From assembly GCF_902652985.1 (NCBI RefSeq), contig NC_047033.1, forward strand, positions 25,482,001 to 25,546,000: a stretch of DNA of 64,000 nt, read 5' to 3'. The notes under the pieces were generated by a model. The model saw only the letters and a program-made list of their open reading frames with translations, was not told where the DNA came from and made no database searches. The translations under genes and the position numbers were made by a program. This stretch comes from Pecten maximus (lineage: Eukaryota). Below, one piece after another: positions 51,501-61,831 of this stretch. Position 1 is the first letter of the stretch, and each line of letters opens with the position of its first letter.

Positions 51501-52401
51501 AGAAATATCAATGACATATCAACTGGGTACATTATTAAATATTAAAAAAAACATGTACATGAACACAAAAATGTTTCATCGGCTGAAAATTTACTGTTTG
51601 TCTTTGAATTTGATTTTATCATCGGTGAAGAAAAACCTTTTTCTGCAGCCAGTTGTAGAGCCGTCTTGCCATCTGCATTCACAGCATTAACGTTAAGTTT
51701 GCGACGAGATTGAGAACATCGATCACCAGTATGTTCCGAGTTGCTACATGTGGTGGTGAAATTGAGGAGATATTGGACAACATCCAGTTTGCCCATCCTG
51801 GCTGCAATGTGTAGGGCAGTGGAGCCGGAAGAAACATGGCGCTTTTTCACATCCGCACCCCTCTGTAACACCAAAAACTTTCTAACAACACTTTCTAATA
51901 ACCACACCCCTCTGTAACACCAAAAACTTCCTAACAACACTTTCTAATAACCACACCCCTCTGTAACAACAAAAACTTCATAAAGACACTTTCTCACATC
52001 TTCTCCCTCCCTCCAATGACAAAAAACTTTGATAATGGTGCATCATTTACCCCCCCCCACCAATAAAAACCTCAATAACAGTGATTTCTCATTGCCCATC
52101 CTGGCTGCAATGTGTAGGGCAGTGGAGCCGGAAGAAACATGGCACTTTTTCACATCCGCACCCCTCTGTAACACCAAAAACTTTCTAACAACACTTTCTA
52201 ATAACCACACCCCTCTGTAACACCAAAAACTTCCTAACAACACTTTCTAATAACCACACCCCTCTGTAACAACAAAAACTTCATAAAGACACTTTCTCAC
52301 ATCTTCTCCCTCCCTCCAATGACAAAAAACTTTGATAATGGTGCATCATTTACCCCCCCCCACCAATAAAAACCTCAATAACAGTGATTTCTCACATCCG
52401 C

Positions 52402-52432
<31 letters not shown>

Positions 52433-55400
52433 CACTCCATAATGATAAAAACTCCATAACAGCACTTTGTCACATAATCATAATTGATTTTGTGGAGCCT
52501 TTAGTGATGTATCACAATAATGTGCATTATAAAGGTTAAAGTCAACTACAACTGATAAGTTACTGTTTATTATTTCTTTGGCTTTGATCATATAAAATTT
52601 ATTAATGACATTACACAGCTTAAGATGTAATTATTAGTATGGTCATACCTCACATAGAAGTTTCACGACATCCAAATGGCCATTTTCTGCAGCAAGGTAT
52701 AAGGGATAACTGCCTACTCCAGTCTGTGGGTAAAAACATACTTTATCAGCACGACACAAATGTTTGGTGCAATATACCACAGTCCTCGCTTTGATAGTCT
52801 ACAAAAACCAAGACATCAAACAGAGTAACTGTTGTAATCATTTATCTATTTGTCAATCACGGGGCTACGGTGGCCGAGTGGTTAAGGTGTCCTGACACTT
52901 TATCACTAGCCCTCTACCATCGCGGTGGCCGAGTGGTTAAGGTGTCCTGATACGTTATCACTAGCTCTCCACCTCTGGGTTGCGAGTTTAAAACCTACGT
53001 GGGGCAGTTGCCAGGTACTGACCGTAGGCCGATGGTTTTTCTCCGGGTACTCCAGCTTTCCTCCACCTCCAAACCCTGGCACATCCTTAAATGACCCTGG
53101 CTGTTAATAGGACGTTAAAAAAAATAAACCAATCCAAACATTGCCAACCACTGATGTTGATGTCGGAGATGACCTTCATCATATAGAAGTGCATGGCAAG
53201 TTTAGTAGTATACAGAGAGACACTATTATGATTGCCTTCTACCATTATTTGCTCTAGGGAGAATTTTCCTTAGCTTGATCAGTGGATTGGTGGACAGGAA
53301 CGATGAGGTCGTAGGTTCAATCGCCAGTAGAGGCAAAGTAAAATGTAGATACTCGCTCGATTTCCTGTTACATGTAAATTGATCTTTTGTTTCTCACCTG
53401 TGAATTGATCTTTTGTTTCTCACCTGTGAATTGATCTTTTGTCTCTCACCTGTGAATTGATCTTTTGTTTCTCACCTGTGAATTGAGGTTGTCCCCATCC
53501 TCAAGGAGACGATAAAGTTCCTCAGCTTTCCCACTCATCGCACATGACATCAACTCGGTCATCACGATTTTCTCTTGTCGTCTGTGACAGAAAACAGACA
53601 TATTTAGTTGTAATTATAGTCGGACAACAAGAGATCTGTAGGCTTTAACAGTCACCTGAGATCTGATACACTGAAATATGATTGTTGTTGTGTGTTGACA
53701 TGGAAATTATTAATAATAACATTGCACAACATCTTAGTACATGTCAAGCAAATACAGCAACTTTGAACTAGTAAACAACATAGAAACACCTCTCAGCAAA
53801 CTCTGAATATCTTAGACTAGTAATCACATCAAGATTAAAAGATGTTTTATTTGAACCTAACTAGTGTATCTGTATATCTGGCCATGGTTTGGTCAACGTT
53901 CTTTAACTTAAAATTGTCCATAAAAAAAAAACATTATAAAAAAAATCTGTGTCTACAATTTTGGTGCATCTTTGGTCAGGCATGTTTTCTACGAAATTAT
54001 GTCAAAATGATTATGAAAAGAAGTTGAAAATGTCAATCTTTTACTGAATCAGATGTGCAATTGATTTTTTTGCAGGGTCCGTGACTGTAAAATAGCTTAT
54101 CAATCACAAATTTAAAGTCATTTCTAGATCAGCGTTTGCCAAAACATATATCATCCAATATGTCTGAAGAGGTCAGTTCATGAAATAAAATATTCGCGAA
54201 ATCTAAGTTATTCATAGTAGTATTAAATGATTACATTTTCCAAGCATCTCTCAGTTTTCTGTCTAATGATGTTTTCTTACTGATGGTGCAGGCCTGGTAA
54301 AGTCCCTGTAAATGGAGAAAAAGCTGCTATAAGTATGACAGAAACAAGTACTGTATAACAGAACATACTACACCTGCCCAATACCAAAACCTATCATCTT
54401 AATTCCAAAAAGATTAAACCTATCTGAACTTTGATCGCTTATAGATTTTAAATTCATTGGTCAATTAAGCTTGCATAAAATCAGATAACACTGAAAGAAA
54501 ACAAATTCATACAATACCGTGGATGTATGTAAAATTACTTATGGAAAATAGGCTTCTGCTCATTCCCGATTTCCTTTGTCAATAATTAATAATTATTTAA
54601 GATTAAAATGGGACTTTACCGATGTGTGTATCCATTTATACATGTATTACCTAAACTACATTTCCAGCCTATTATCCTAGGCCTTTTTCGTTTATTGAGG
54701 TACAAATGGTTGGACCCGAGATATTTATTTATGATATCATGACAGACCCAGAGATTGTATGTACAATGCACTGTAGTACAGGGATATAGTTTACTTACAC
54801 TGTATGTACAGGGATATAGTATACTTACACTGTATGTACAGGGATATACTTACACTATATGTACAGGGATATACTTACACTATATGTACAGGGATATAGT
54901 ATACTTACACTGTATGTACAGGGATATAGTTTACTTACACTGTATGTACAGGGATATAGTATACTTACACTGTATGTACAGGGATATAGTATACTTACAC
55001 TGTATGTACAGGGATATAGTTTACTTACACTGTATGTACAGGGATATAGTTTACTTACACTGTATGTACAGGGATATAGTTACACTGTATGTACAGGGAT
55101 ATAGTTTACTTACACTGTATGTACAGGGATAGAGTTTACTTACACTGTATGTACATGGATATAGTATACTTACACTGTATGTACAGGGATATACTTACAC
55201 TATATGTACAGGGATATACTTACACTATATGTACAGGGATATAGTATACTTACACTGTATGTACAGGGATATAGTTTACTTACACTGTATGTACAGGGAT
55301 ATAGTATACTTACACTGTATGTACAGGGATATAGTATACTTACACTGTATGTACAGGGATATAGTTTACTTACACTGTATGTACAGGGATATAGTTTACT

Positions 55401-58400
55401 TACACTGTATGTACAGGGATATAGTTTACTTACACTGTATGTACAGGGATATAGTTTACTTACACTGTATGTACAGGGATATAGTTTACTTACACTGTAT
55501 GTACAGGGATATACTCACACGGTATGTACAGGGATATAGTTTACTTACACTGTATGTACAGGGATATAGTATACTTACACTGTATGTACAGGGATATAGT
55601 TTACTTACACTGTATGTACAGGGATATAGTATACTTACACTGTATGTACAGGGATATAGTATACTTACACTGTATGTACAGGGATATAGTTTACTTACAC
55701 TGTATGTACAGGGATATAGTTTACTTACACTGTATGTACAGGGATATAGTTTACTTACACTGTATGTACAGGGATATAGTTACACTGTATGTACAGGGAT
55801 ATAGTTTACTTACACTGTATGTACAGGGATATAGTTTACTTACACTGTATGTACAGGGATATAGTTTACTTACACTGTATGTACAGGGATATAGTTTACT
55901 TACACTGTATGTAAAGGGGAAATAATCCTGTATCAACATGGCATCCACAACTTCTTCATGGTTCTGTACTACAGCATGGTGTAGGGGCAGATAACCCTCC
56001 ACATCGCCAATCACAGGGTTAGCTCCCCTTCTACAAGGGGCACATTGTGAATTATGGTAAATAATTAATTACAGACTTTGAATTGTATTACTTTTAACAA
56101 TAAGAAAGTAAGAATTAATTTTGAAGATCTTTCTTATAATTCAGAATTTTTAGTTCCATAAAAGCTTTTAATAAAACTTTCATGTATCACCTATTCGAGA
56201 GAAATCTGCAGATCCTTGTCCTCAGACTTAGGACATTTTTGTCCTATGTCAAAGATAGACTTACTGGAGCAGCATCCTAACACACACTGTGTGACCATGG
56301 TAAGCAGCTATAGCCAGAGCGGTCATTCCAGTCCGGAGGCTCCCATCATAGACACCTTGCATCTACACGAACATATCATTTTACATGAATCTCTTAACTT
56401 TACTTGCTAAAAGGTGTTTAATAAAAAATAATTATCATTTTACTGTGTAATTTGTTACTATTTCCCAATTATATGAACAAATTTGATTGTCTTTTACCTC
56501 AAAAGGCTAATGGCAAAGGATTCTGAATTTAACAGTTCTTTCAATTTGGAAGAGGCCAATTTTGACACTTTTTACCACAGCTAGCTTGGGGAGGATAAAG
56601 TTGTTCTGATTTTAACATTCAATATTTACCTGACAATACTGAGCATCGATAAAAGACTTTATTCTGCTGTTATCAAAATCCAGGATGACTTTCATGCTGT
56701 CTACCCTGTCAACAAAATATGGCAAGTTTATTTTTTATACAAAAATTTATCATTATTTTTCTGAAATTCCATGATTAATCATCAATTTATCTACTCAAGC
56801 CTCATACAAAATGAACTTGTTATCTAAAATGAATATAAACTAAAATTGTAAGGTAACAAATATCCTCACCACTACCAAATTTTGACACGAGCTTCAAATT
56901 CAAACTGAGACTGGCTCAATAGGATCCAGATATGACCCAGAACATGTATTGTTATTTTGGGGGTCTGATGGATCCAAGGTGATGGCCGTGGACACCATTT
57001 TGGAAAAGATTTCAAATTTCCTGCTGATTCAGGAGCTATGATCATATGGTGTGATTTTGGCAAATGTTTGTGGGAACATTCATGGACATAGCAGACAAAG
57101 CATTGTTTATCTTCAGCTCTGTTGAAAGTTTGACCTCTACAGAGGATATTATGCTACATGACTGCACTATCATCTATATCAGAATCTTTAAACAATTTAA
57201 CACATTCCTATGTTCTCAAGTTTGAAAAACTTGGGGATTTGAATGAAACTCTCCAGAAGCCGTCCTGAGATAGAGCTGACCAATCAAAGTTGTGTAATGG
57301 GGCAATCTCTACCCCAAGTTGTTGTTCCTTACATGCTGGGTAGTGAATGCTAATGGCCAGTCTGCAACTCAGGATGCCTTTCAGTGGCCGTAACTAAGTG
57401 AACTTGAAAAACACATTTTATACATTTTCAGTCTCAATCAGTGCAATAAAGTAAACAAATTTGAGTGCCTGAACTCAAACCGACAAAGTATTGTAACTTT
57501 ACAGTGTGATCAGAAAATATTCAAAAGGCTGCACAACAAAAGTGTCCACATCCAGGCCATCATTAAAGGTTCTCACCTGTTGTGGAGAGCTGCCACCATG
57601 AGTAACGTAAACCCGTCAGAGTTAACAACACTGATGTCCGATTCTTTCAGCTCTTGAGATCTCAGTTTACCCTGCAAATATATACAAATTATTGAAAGAT
57701 GAATTTTGTTTTTCTTATTCAGAGGTGTTTGAGATTTTCTCAATGGTCAGACGAGTGAGGTTTTCAAATCTCTGGGCCCTGAGGGTAGATATGATATTTA
57801 GACAGTCGTCCCCGTATATCCTTACCTCAATGGTCAGACGAGTGAGGTTTTCACATCTCTGGGCCCTGAGAGTAGATATGATATTTAGACAGTCGTCCCC
57901 GTATATAATTACCTCAATGGTCAGACGAGTGAGGTTTTCACATCTCTGGGCCCTGAGGGTAGATATTACAGTATATTAAGACAGTCGTCCCCGTATATAA
58001 TTACCTCAATGGTCAGACGACTGAGGTTTTCACATCTCTGGGCCCTGAGGGTAGATATTATATTAAGACAGTCGTCCCCGTATGTGCCTGTCCTAGAATC
58101 ATCTGGTCTCATTCCATTGTGATCCTCACGATTAAAGTCAGCTCCTCGTCGGATTAGACAGCTGAAACACAACAATGTACTTTATTATTATCAATAACAA
58201 CACTTTTATCTGAAGTTTGTTATATTAACACAAAGCTGAATGACATTTTAATTTTGTGTCAATTCTGCTCTGCCATTATAATTGCCATAAACATTATGGC
58301 TATATTCTTGCGAAAAAATTTCTTACAAAAAATCTTCAAATTGAAACGCTATACTCAGAGAAATGCTGCCTGCTCTAATAATCAAGTCTATACCTACCAT

Positions 58401-61400
58401 ATTTAGACAGCTATTGAGTTTACTATATTTAGACACCTAAAGAGTTTACCATATTTAGACACCTATTGAGTTTACCATATCTAGACACCTATTGAGTTAC
58501 CATATTTAGACACCTATTGAGTTTACCATATTTAGACACCTATTGAGTTACCATATTTAGACATCTATTGAGTTACCATATTTAGACACTAATTGAGTTT
58601 ACCATATTTAGACATCCATTTAGTTTACCATATTTAGACACCTATTGAGTTTACCATATATAGACACCTATTGAGTTTACCAAATTTAGACACCTATTGA
58701 GTTTACCACATTTAGACACCTATTGAGTTTACCATATTAAGACATCTATTAAGTTTACCATATTTAGACACTAATTGAGTTTACCATATTTAGACATCCA
58801 TTTAGTTTACCATATTTAGACACCTATTGAGTTTAAAAGTAAGATGAGATCTTAGAACAAGGTTATAATTCTTTAAACAAGAGGCCCAGGGGCCTTAACG
58901 GTCATCTGACTCTAAATTAAAGACCCTTATATTATTGTAGTATGCATTCTCTGAAGCAGGTTTAGAGGCACTGTTGGCTATGGTGGCCATCTTGGGTTTC
59001 TGACTGACCCAACAAATAATAACACTTGGTCAGGACCATCCAAGGATCATTGCAGGCAAGTTTCAGTTCAATCTCACCAGTTGAACTTGAGAAGAAGTTT
59101 CAAATGTGTTTTCAAAATGCCGGCTGTGGCGGCCATCTTGGATTTCTGACGGATCCGAAAAATAACAACACTTGGTCAGAATCACCTCAGGATCATTTTT
59201 AGTAAGTAAGAAGTGAATCCCAATGGTGGAATTTGAGAAGAAGTTTGAAATAGGTGTTGTTCAGGAAAACCATGATTGTGCAATCATGTTACAAAATGGC
59301 CGCCATGGCTGCCATGTCAAAGTTTTTATGAAGCTGAGAAATAACAACACTTTGTTGGCTCTCCTTCCTTAACATCCTCACCAATTTCCAGCTCAATGGC
59401 ACTTGTGGAACTTGAGAAGAAGTTTAAAATGTGTTTTTCAAGATGGCGGCTATGGCGGCCATCTTGGATTTCGGACCGACCCGAAAAATAACAACACTTA
59501 GTCAGGACCATCTCGGGATCATTTCAGGCAAGTTTCAGCTCAGTACCACTGGTGGAACTTGAGAAGAAGTTTAAAATGCGTTTTTCAAGATGGCGGCTAT
59601 GGCGGCCATCTTGGATTTCGGACCGACCCGAAAAATAGCAACACTTGGTCAGGCCCTTCTCAGGCTCATTTCAGGCAAGTTTCAGCTCAGTAGCACTGGT
59701 GGAACTTGAGAAGAAGTTTAAAATGTGTTTTTCAAGATGGAGGCTATGGCGGCCATCTTGGATTTCGGACCGACCCGAAAAATAACAACACTTGGTCAGG
59801 ACCATCTCAGGATCATTTCAGGCAAGTTTCAGCTCAGTAGCACTGGTGGAACTTGAGAAGAAGTTTAAAATGTGTTTTTCAAGATGGCGGCTATGGCGGC
59901 CATCTTGGATTTCGGACCGACCCGAAAAATAGCAACACTTGGTCAGGACCATCTCAGGATCATTTCTGGCAAGTTTCAGCTCAATAACACTGGTGGAACA
60001 TGAGAAGAAGTTTAAAATGTGTTTTCAAAATGGCGGCTATGGCAGCCATCTTGGATTTCAGACTGACTCGAAAAATAACAACACTTGGTCAGGACCATCT
60101 CAGGATCATTTCAGGCAAGTTTCAGCTCAATCCCACCGGTGGAACTTGAGAAGAAGTTTGAAATGTGAAAAGTTTACGCACGACGCACGGTGCACGGCGG
60201 ACGGCGCACGACGACGGACGAAGCATGATGACTATAGGTCATCCTGACCCTTCGGGTCAGATGACCTAAAAACAAGGGACAAAAAATTTATCATAAAAAA
60301 ACAGCTGATCACAGCATGACTATTGGTCATGATTATCAAACCCTTCAAAGTTTCATGGATATTTTTTTCTGAATGTGAGGGAGGTAAAAAAGAGGGAAAA
60401 AATTAAAGATCTAAACACATCAATATCATACAAGTACTATCATATTTCAACAATTAGAAAACTTTTGATGGCCATATACAAATTGATGATATATTGATAA
60501 ATATCAGAATTGTCTGAGAGAATCAACTATATAGCTTTGACGAAAGAGGGGTGTACAAAGTACAAGGCATCCCAAATGATACAGATCCCCTTATTTTAAA
60601 CATTTACCAATATGCAACAAAAGATAGTAAGATTTGTCTAATAACAACGTCGATCAGGAGTTGTGAGTAAGAGTTTGAATTAACAACAGCACTATCCAAT
60701 AATTAACAAAGTTGGTAGAGTTAAGATGGTGAAAATCTATAGTACATCTATTTGGATCGGAGGAGATTGAAATGCAAATTCATTCAAAAGAAGTATATTC
60801 TGAAGTTTAAGGACAATCAGATAAAATTAGTGAAGTTGGTAGAGTGAGGAGTTTGAAAATCTATTAATGGCATGTAACACACAAACAGCTAGCAATGACC
60901 TTAATTTTGATCAAAAGAGATTAAAACCCAAATTTGCTCATCAGATGATGGTTGTGTTTACGTGTATGGAGATTTAGGATTACCAGAAAATTAAAACAAG
61001 TTGTTAGAGCACTTTAGTTTGTTTGTTTGTTTTTGTTTAACGTCCTATTAACAGCCAGGGTCATTTAAGGATGTGCCAGGTTTTGGAGGTGGAGGAAAGC
61101 CGGAGTACCCCGAGAAAAACCACCGGCCTACGGTCAGTACCTGGCAACTGCCCCACGTAGGTTTCGAACTCAGAGGTGGAGGGCTAGTGATAAAGTGTCG
61201 GGACACCTGAACCACTCGGCCACTGCAGCCCCTAGGTAAAGAAAGGACACTAGAAACTATTTATAGTAACATTGACCTCATTTTTGACACAAGGTCATTG
61301 AAATGAAAACCTGTAAGAGAGATTAAGTGTAGGAAGTTTCAGGACAATTGGATCATTAATGATGTCAGAAGAACTAAGACATTAAGAATCTATTTATAGT

Positions 61401-61831
61401 AACAGTGACCTCATTTTTGTTTTGAGATGACTGAAATATGAAGTTGTACAAGAGAAAATGGATGTAAGTGTATGAAGTTTCAGTACAACTGGATCATTAA
61501 TGAAGTCAGTAAAGCAAGGATGTCAAAAATCTATTTATAGTAACAGTGACCTCATTTTTGACCCCAGGTGATTTAAACGTGAACTGGTTGCAATTGAGTG
61601 TATGAAATTTCAGGAGAATATGATCATTAATTTGGTTACGTACATACGAGCCCCCACTCAGTCTGAGAGGATAAGAATATGTAAACGTGTGGACAGTTGT
61701 AGTCTTGAAGTGATGATAACATCGTACCTTACGGTGTCTACGTGGTTGTACTGGGCGGCGTAGTGTAGAGGACTCTTTCCGTTATGGACATTACACTTGT
61801 TAGGTCTGGCTCCAAACACACAAATCAGCAC
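39405..61831 (-). CDS. Multi-exon ankyrin-repeat protein, 3' part (17 exons, ~750 aa; 5' end not identified and probably beyond the window)
   Basis: GT-AG exons with compatible phases encode repeated ankyrin motifs (SPLHYAA, TLLMVAA, TALAIAA, LPLHHAV, YPLYLAA, TALHIAA, TALQLAA, TPLMVAC, TPLHLAC). One apparent +1 frameshift at 40535-40537. Confidence 0.88.
39600..39896 (-). mobile_element. Short HINE-type element without a tandem array
   Basis: Subterminal IR AGTCCCCTGCC (39634-39644) / GGCAGGGGACT, hairpin GTATTG..CAATAC, and (GACA/GACG)n microsatellite. Confidence 0.7.
40273..40601 (-). CDS. Ankyrin gene exon (GFVSHVCAVNFLDGSMPIHRC / LEGGDNHLIL...KGHPV)
   Basis: Acceptor TTTTTAG and donor AG|GTATGT. 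Contains GFTPLHLAC. Needs removal of one base at 40535-40537, or use of an alternative acceptor at 40541. Confidence 0.8.
41016..41231 (-). mobile_element. tRNA-derived SINE (same family as 254-473)
   Basis: Full-length reverse-complement match with approximate TSD GAGAAACT. Confidence 0.9.
41249..43017 (-). mobile_element. HINE-type element, family B (internal ~327-bp dimeric repeats), copy 1
   Basis: SubTIR GGTCATCTGA / TCAGATGACC, hairpin AGGCCCATGGGCCT, (GACG)n-like tract. Period 327/326 (41869, 42196, 42522). Confidence 0.85.
43016..44472 (-). mobile_element. HINE-type element, family B, copy 2, head-to-tail with copy 1
   Basis: Junction ...TCAGATGACCT-AA-CAAGAGGCCC... with no spacer. 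Confidence 0.85.
44681..44775 (-). CDS. Ankyrin gene exon (GQMSGESIRPPSRVESLLSDVEKPKGLSIYH)
   Basis: TTACAG acceptor and G|GTAGGT donor; phases 2/1 fit the neighbours. Confidence 0.7.
45433..45520 (-). CDS. Ankyrin gene exon (SGESFEKHNSAYQRKNSESDSGETQTGQ)
   Basis: TTCCCTTCAG acceptor and TG|GTAAGG donor; phases 1/2 fit. Confidence 0.65.
45617..46803 (-). mobile_element. tRNA-derived SINE split by a nested HINE element
   Basis: SINE 3' part at 45617-45704 and 5' part at 46679-46803. Perfect TSD TAAGCTACAA (45607-45616 / 46805-46814). Confidence 0.9.
45705..46678 (-). mobile_element. HINE-type element, family A, nested in the SINE, with a subterminal deletion
   Basis: Same 145-bp repeats and GGGCAGGTGAGCTAA end. 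It is inserted in an A-run without a TSD and lacks ~95 bp that includes one subTIR and hairpin. Confidence 0.85.
47268..48312. repeat. 42-43-bp intronic minisatellite (CCACCTCAAGTAAGGAAAGATTCTATTAAT...)
   Basis: Direct tandem periodicity (e.g. 47591, 47633). Confidence 0.93.
48573..49170. mobile_element. Foldback-type non-autonomous DNA element with internal tRNA-like A/B boxes
   Basis: 15-bp IR TCTATTCTACCATGT (48573) / ACATGGTAGAATAGA (49015). Long hairpin at 49045-49114. TAGCCGAGTGG...GAGTTCGAATCC at ~48730-48792. Confidence 0.55.
49525..49595 (-). CDS. Ankyrin gene exon (SDSDADSGVLDAATVTSGTTKLE)
   Basis: TTACAG / G|GTAAAC; phases 2/1. Confidence 0.75.
50093..50232 (-). CDS. Ankyrin gene exon (PPFDHNLRDRKSDTPLMVACRVGHTEVANFLL...)
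   Basis: Ankyrin motif; ATCCAG / GG|GTAGGT. Confidence 0.85.
50946..51157 (-). CDS. Ankyrin gene exon (YMQIVKLLLSRGA...ELRKIWK)
   Basis: Ankyrin second helix; TAACAG / AAG|GTAGGC. Confidence 0.85.
51637..51862 (-). CDS. Ankyrin gene exon (RGADVKKRHVSSGSTALHIAA...TALQLAAEK)
   Basis: Two ankyrin motifs and a TTACAG acceptor. The donor G|GTTTTT is weak; an in-frame alternative would end the exon at 51595. Confidence 0.85.
51789..52394. repeat. 303-bp tandem duplication spanning an acceptor and partial exon, with internal 49-bp acceptor repeats
   Basis: 51789-52091 is nearly identical to 52092-52394. CCCTCTGTAAC recurs every 49 bp, three times per copy. Confidence 0.92.
52649..52723 (-). CDS. 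Ankyrin gene exon (TGVGSYPLYLAAENGHLDVVKLLCE)
   Basis: Canonical ankyrin repeat; CCACAG / GAG|GTATGA. Confidence 0.9.
52861..53140 (+). mobile_element. tRNA-derived SINE with a duplicated ~60-bp 5' head
   Basis: GGTGGCCGAGTGGTTAAGGTGTCCTGA...ACTAGC occurs twice in tandem. Imperfect TSD TTGTCAATCAC / TTGCCAACCAC. Confidence 0.9.
53377..53486. repeat. 26-bp tandem repeat of an exon end plus splice donor (4 copies)
   Basis: CTCACCTGTGAATTGA at 26-bp spacing. Confidence 0.9.
53476..53581 (-). CDS. Ankyrin gene exon (RQEKIVMTELMSCAMSGKAEELYRLLEDGDNLNSQ)
   Basis: TCACAG / CAG|GTGAGA; phases 2/0. Confidence 0.85.
54235..54305 (-). CDS. Ankyrin gene exon (GLYQACTISKKTSLDRKLRDAWK)
   Basis: TTTACAG acceptor. 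The donor AT|GTAATC gives the phase 2 needed by the next exon. Confidence 0.7.
54770..55912. repeat. 30-bp minisatellite built from an exon end plus a GTAAGT donor (~38 units)
   Basis: The minus-strand unit TACATACAGT|GTAAGTAAACTATATCCCTG begins at the exon boundary 55904. Confidence 0.95.
55904..56030 (-). CDS. Ankyrin gene exon (RGANPVIGDVEGYLPLHHAVVQNHEEVVDAML...FTYS)
   Basis: Ankyrin motif; CCTTGTAG / AGT|GTAAGT. Confidence 0.88.
56265..56362 (-). CDS. Ankyrin gene exon (MQGVYDGSLRTGMTALAIAAYHGHTVCVRMLL)
   Basis: Ankyrin motif; GTGTAG / CA|GTAAGT. Confidence 0.85.
56630..56705 (-). CDS. Ankyrin gene exon (VDSMKVILDFDNSRIKSFIDAQYCQ)
   Basis: TTGACAG / CAG|GTAAAT; phases 2/0. Confidence 0.8.
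57577..57671 (-). CDS. Ankyrin gene exon (GKLRSQELKESDISVVNSDGFTLLMVAALHN)
   Basis: TTTGCAG / AG|GTGAGA; ankyrin motif. Confidence 0.85.
57739..58083. repeat. 87-92-bp tandem repeat of an exon 3' half plus donor (4 copies)
   Basis: CTCAATGGTCAGACGA...GACAGTCGTCCCCGTAT is repeated; one copy is the true exon end. Confidence 0.92.
58005..58161 (-). CDS. Ankyrin gene exon (CLIRRGADFNREDHNGMRP...RLTIE)
   Basis: TTTCAG / GAG|GTAATT; phases 2/0. Confidence 0.85.
58397..58834. repeat. 25-26-bp intronic minisatellite (CATATTTAGACACCTATTGAGTTTAC)
   Basis: About 17 direct tandem units. Confidence 0.93.
58876..60269 (-). mobile_element. HINE-type element, family B, copy 3 (147-bp monomer expanded)
   Basis: Same termini as 41249-44472. 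CAAGATGG recurs at 59439, 59586, 59733 and 59880. Confidence 0.85.
61017..61232 (-). mobile_element. tRNA-derived SINE (same family)
   Basis: Reverse-complement match with (GTTT)n tail and a small deletion next to the B box. Confidence 0.9.
61728..61831 (-). CDS. Ankyrin gene exon (VLICVFGARPNKCNVHNGKSPLHYAAQYNHVDTV), most 5' exon identified
   Basis: Canonical ankyrin motif; TTTTGTGTAG / AG|GTACGA. Confidence 0.88.

Noticed and set aside
54755-55925. Plus-strand repeat proteins (MYRDIVYLHC)n / (LTLYVQGYS)n
   Set aside because: They are antisense translations of the 30-bp intronic donor repeat.
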